Shown piece by piece: positions 60,801-64,000 of a stretch of 64,000 nt of DNA. The DNA is from Macrostomum lignano (lineage: Eukaryota). Each line of letters begins with the position of its first letter. Position 1 is the stretch's first letter. Both the position numbers and the translations under genes were made by a program. The stretch covers positions 248,001 to 312,000 of the forward strand of contig NIVC01000558.1 in the NCBI GenBank assembly GCA_002269645.1, written 5' to 3'. Below the pieces are notes generated by a model. It did no database searches. It was not told the DNA's origin and saw only the letters and a list, made by a program, of their open reading frames with translations.

Positions 60801-63800
60801 GCCCTGATGCTGAGCGGCCAAATGGACGGCCGTGTCACCTCTAGAGTCAGGAACTGTGAGACAGTCGCTGCCGAGCTCCTTCACCAGCCACTTCAGATTT
60901 GAATTGTCAGACTTCCGAGCAGCAATGTGAAATGCCGTTTTATCCAACCATCTCTTCAGCCGAAAGCAGTCAGCTCCGATCTGTCTCTTGATCCACTCCA
61001 GCGACTCGATGCCCTGATGCTCAGCGGCCAAATGGACGGCCGTGTCACCGAGTATGTCAGGAACTGTGAGACAGTCGCTGCCGAGCTCCTTCACCAGCCA
61101 CTTCAGATTTGAATTGTCAGACTTCTCAGCAGCAATGTGAAATGCTGTTCTATCATCATCTCTCTTCAGCCGAAAGCAGTCAGTTCCGATCTGTCTCTTG
61201 ATCCACTCCAGCGACTCGATGCCCTGATGCTGAGCGGCCAAATGGACGGCCGTGGTACCGTATTTGTCAGGAACTGTGAGACAGTCGCTGCCGAGCTCCT
61301 TCACCAGCCACTTCAGCTTTGAATGGTCAGACTTCTTAGCAGCAATGTGAAATGCTGTTCTCTCACCATCTCCCTTCAGCTGAAAGCAGTCAGTTCCGAT
61401 CTGTCCCTTGATCCACTCCAGCGACTCGATGCCCTGATGCTGAGCGGCCAAATGGACGGCCGTGTCACCTCTAGAGTCAGGAACTGTGAGACAGTCGCTG
61501 CCGAGCTCCTTCACCAGCCACTTCAGCATTGAATTGTCAGACTTCTCAGCAGCAAAGTGAAATGCTGTTCTATCCCAGCATCCTCCCTTCAGCCGAAAGC
61601 AGTCAGTTCCGATCTGTCTCTTGATCGACTCCAGCGACTCGATGCCCTGATGCTGAGCGGCCAAATGGACGGCCGTGGTACCGTATTTGTCAGGAACTGT
61701 GAGACAGTCGCTGCCGAGCTCCTTCACCAGCCACTTCAGATTTGAATTGTCAGACTTCTCAGCAGCAATGTGAAATGCTGTTTTATCCCACCGTCCCTTC
61801 AGCCGAAAGCAGTCAGTTCCGATCTGTCCCTTGATCCACTCCAGCGACTCGATGCCCTGATGCTGAGCCGCCAAATGGACGGCCGTGTCACCGACTTTGT
61901 CAGGAACTGTGAGACAGTCGCTGCCGAGCTCCTTCACCAGCCACTTCAGATTTGAATTGTCAGACTTCTTAGCAGCAAAGTGAAATGCTGTTCTATCATC
62001 ATCTCCCTTCAGCTGAAAGCAGTCAGTTCCGATCTGTCCCTTGATCCACTCCAGCGACTCGATGCCCTGATGCTGAGCGGCCAAATGGACGGCCGTGTCA
62101 CCTCTAGAGTCAGGAACTGTGAGACAGTCGCTGCCGAGCTCCTTCACCAGCCACTTCAGATTTGAATTGTCAGACTTCTCAGCAGCAATGTGAAATGCTG
62201 TTCTATCCAACAATCCCTTCAGCCGAAAGCAGTCAGTTCCGATCTGTCTCTTGATCCACTCCAGCGACTCGATGCCCTGAAGCCAAGCAGCCAAATGGAC
62301 GGCCGTGTAACCGTCTTTGTCAGGAACTGTGAGACAGTCGCTGCCGAGCTCCTTCACCAGCCACTTCAGATTTGAATTGTCAGACTTCTCAGCAGCAAAG
62401 TGAAATGCCGTTTTATCCAACCATCCCTTCAGCCGAAAGCAGTCAGCTCCGATCTGTCTCTTGATCCACTCCAGCGACTCGATGCCCTGATGCTCAGCGG
62501 CCAAATGGACGGCCGTGTCACCGAGTATGTCAGGAACTGTGAGACAGTCGCTGCCGAGCTCCTTCACCAGCCACTTCAGATTTGAATTGTCAGACTTCTT
62601 AGCAGCAAAGTGAAATGCTGTTCTATCCAATAATCCCTTCAGCCGAAAGCAGTCAGTTCCGATCTGTCCCTTGATCCACTCCAGCGACTCGATGCCCTGA
62701 TGCTGAGCGGCCAAATGGACGGCCGTGGTACCGTATTTGTCAGGAACTGTGAGACAGTCGCTGCCGAGCTCCTTCACCAGCCACTTCAGATTTGAATTGT
62801 CAGACTTCTTAGCAGCAAAGTGAAATGCTGTTCTATCATCATCTCCCTTCAGCTGAAAGCAGTCAGTTCCGATCTGTCCCTTGATCCACTCCAGCGACTC
62901 GATGCCCTGATGCTGAGCGGCCAAATGGACGGCCGTGTCACCTCTAGAGTCAGGAACTGTGAGACAGTCGCTGCCGAGCTCCTTCACCAGCCACTTCAGA
63001 TTTGAATTGTCAGACTTCTTAGCAGCAAAGTGAAATGCTGTTCTATCATCATCTCCCTTCAGCCGAAAGCAGTCAGTTCCGATCTGTCTCTTGATCCACT
63101 CCAGCGACTCGATGCCCTGATGCTCAGCGGCCAAATGGACGGCCGTGTTACCGCATTTGTCAGGAACTGTGAGACAGTCGCTGCCGAGCTCCTTCACCAG
63201 CCACTTCAGATTTGAATTGTCAGACTTCCGAGCAGCAAAGTGAAATGCCGTTCTCTTCCAGAACCCTCCGTTCAGCCGAAAGCAGTCAGTTCCGATCTGT
63301 CTCTTGATCCACTCCAGCGACTCGATGCCCTGATGCTGAGCGGCCAAATGGACGGCCGTGTCACCGACTTTGTCAGGAACTGTGAGACAGTCGCTGCCGA
63401 GCTCCTTCACCAGCCTCTTCAGACAAGAGTTGCTTTTTCTGTTCATAGCGGCAAAGTGAGCGACTGTCTGTTTCAATCTATCGACAATTCTCAAGCAGCC
63501 TCTGCCTCCCTTCTCTTTAACCAGCTTCATCCAAGATTCGTCCTGATGCTGGGCAGCCAAGTGCACTGGAGTCTCGTCCCTATCATTTCCAAGTGTCAGA
63601 CAGTCGGGTCCGAATCTGTCAATCAGCAGCTCCAGGCACGACGAGCTCACCGGCTTGCAGGCCACGTGGTGGGCCAGCGGCATTTTGCGAAGCTCTTCAA
63701 AGGGATAGTCTTGCTTGTCGAACCCGCCCACCTCCAGCTCGATGTTGCTGCCGACCTCACCGCACAGTCGCTGCAGCTGCTCGCTGTCTCCAGCCTCCAG

Positions 63801-63836
63801 CGCCGCTCTCAGCTTCCGCTCCATCTCCGTTGCCAT
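57815..63836 (-). CDS. Ankyrin-repeat / Ser-Thr protein kinase (STE/MAP3K-like), paralogue B, ~1471 aa; exons 63836-60379, 59661-59575, 59016-58632, 58300-57815
   Basis: Same splice sites and phases as paralogue A; 4416 nt equals 1472 codons. 13 double-ankyrin units. Kinase motifs [30 protein letters not shown] and DVWAFG are intact. Confidence 0.9.
60636..63371 (-). repeat. Coding 210-bp tandem repeat (two ankyrin repeats per unit), 13 units, paralogue B
   Basis: Near-identical units with hypervariable codon patches; two units are 71 aa. Confidence 0.95.
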
Positions 63837-64000
63837 GGCTACACGGCTTCTCCTAGCAGCGCTTCTCTGCCGATCTGCTGTCTGCCGCAGCTGTTCCACA
63901 CGGCTTCAAACTGAGTGCTTTGCTCTTCTTCAAGCGAATTCGCCTGCCAGCTCAGCAGCAGCAGCAAAAGTCCCGCTGTCACGGACTGAAATCTCTGAGC

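Larger units (their letters stand above)
51992..64000. repeat. Segmental duplication copy B (extends past the window end)
   Basis: Colinear with 28081-36317; the arrays and the ankyrin unit count are expanded. Confidence 0.95.

Noticed and set aside
60717-63914. Series of 61-aa plus-strand ORFs (MKCC...HQPLQI)
   Set aside because: Antisense shadows of the 210-bp ankyrin units.

Overview
Eukaryotic (animal) genomic DNA with spliced genes and a very high minisatellite load. The composition and repeat style suggest an invertebrate such as a Macrostomum-like flatworm (inference only). All recognisable host genes are on the minus strand: (1) a giant exon encoding a multi-ankyrin TRP-like channel that runs off the window start (missed by the ORF track); (2) a two-exon PTB-domain adaptor; (3) two exons of a 14-Cys neurophysin (vasopressin/oxytocin-type precursor), also missed by the ORF track; (4) two tandem paralogues of a four-exon ankyrin-repeat / MAP3K-like Ser/Thr kinase gene inside a segmental duplication (about 28.1-36.3 kb and 52.0-64.0 kb). 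The ANK-kinase pair is the most striking system. Its 210-bp double-ankyrin units (5 vs 13 copies) are almost invariant, except at the positions that are randomised in synthetic DARPin libraries. These variable patches are reshuffled among units and paralogues, and the two kinase domains differ mainly in substrate-recognition loops. This looks like a natural variable-binder/effector-kinase (possibly immune) receptor family. Mobile DNA includes an intact Ty3/Gypsy element with unequal LTRs nested in a decayed hAT transposon, a tRNA-derived SINE, and two TIR/foldback elements. All translations and alignments were done by eye; no database searches were run.
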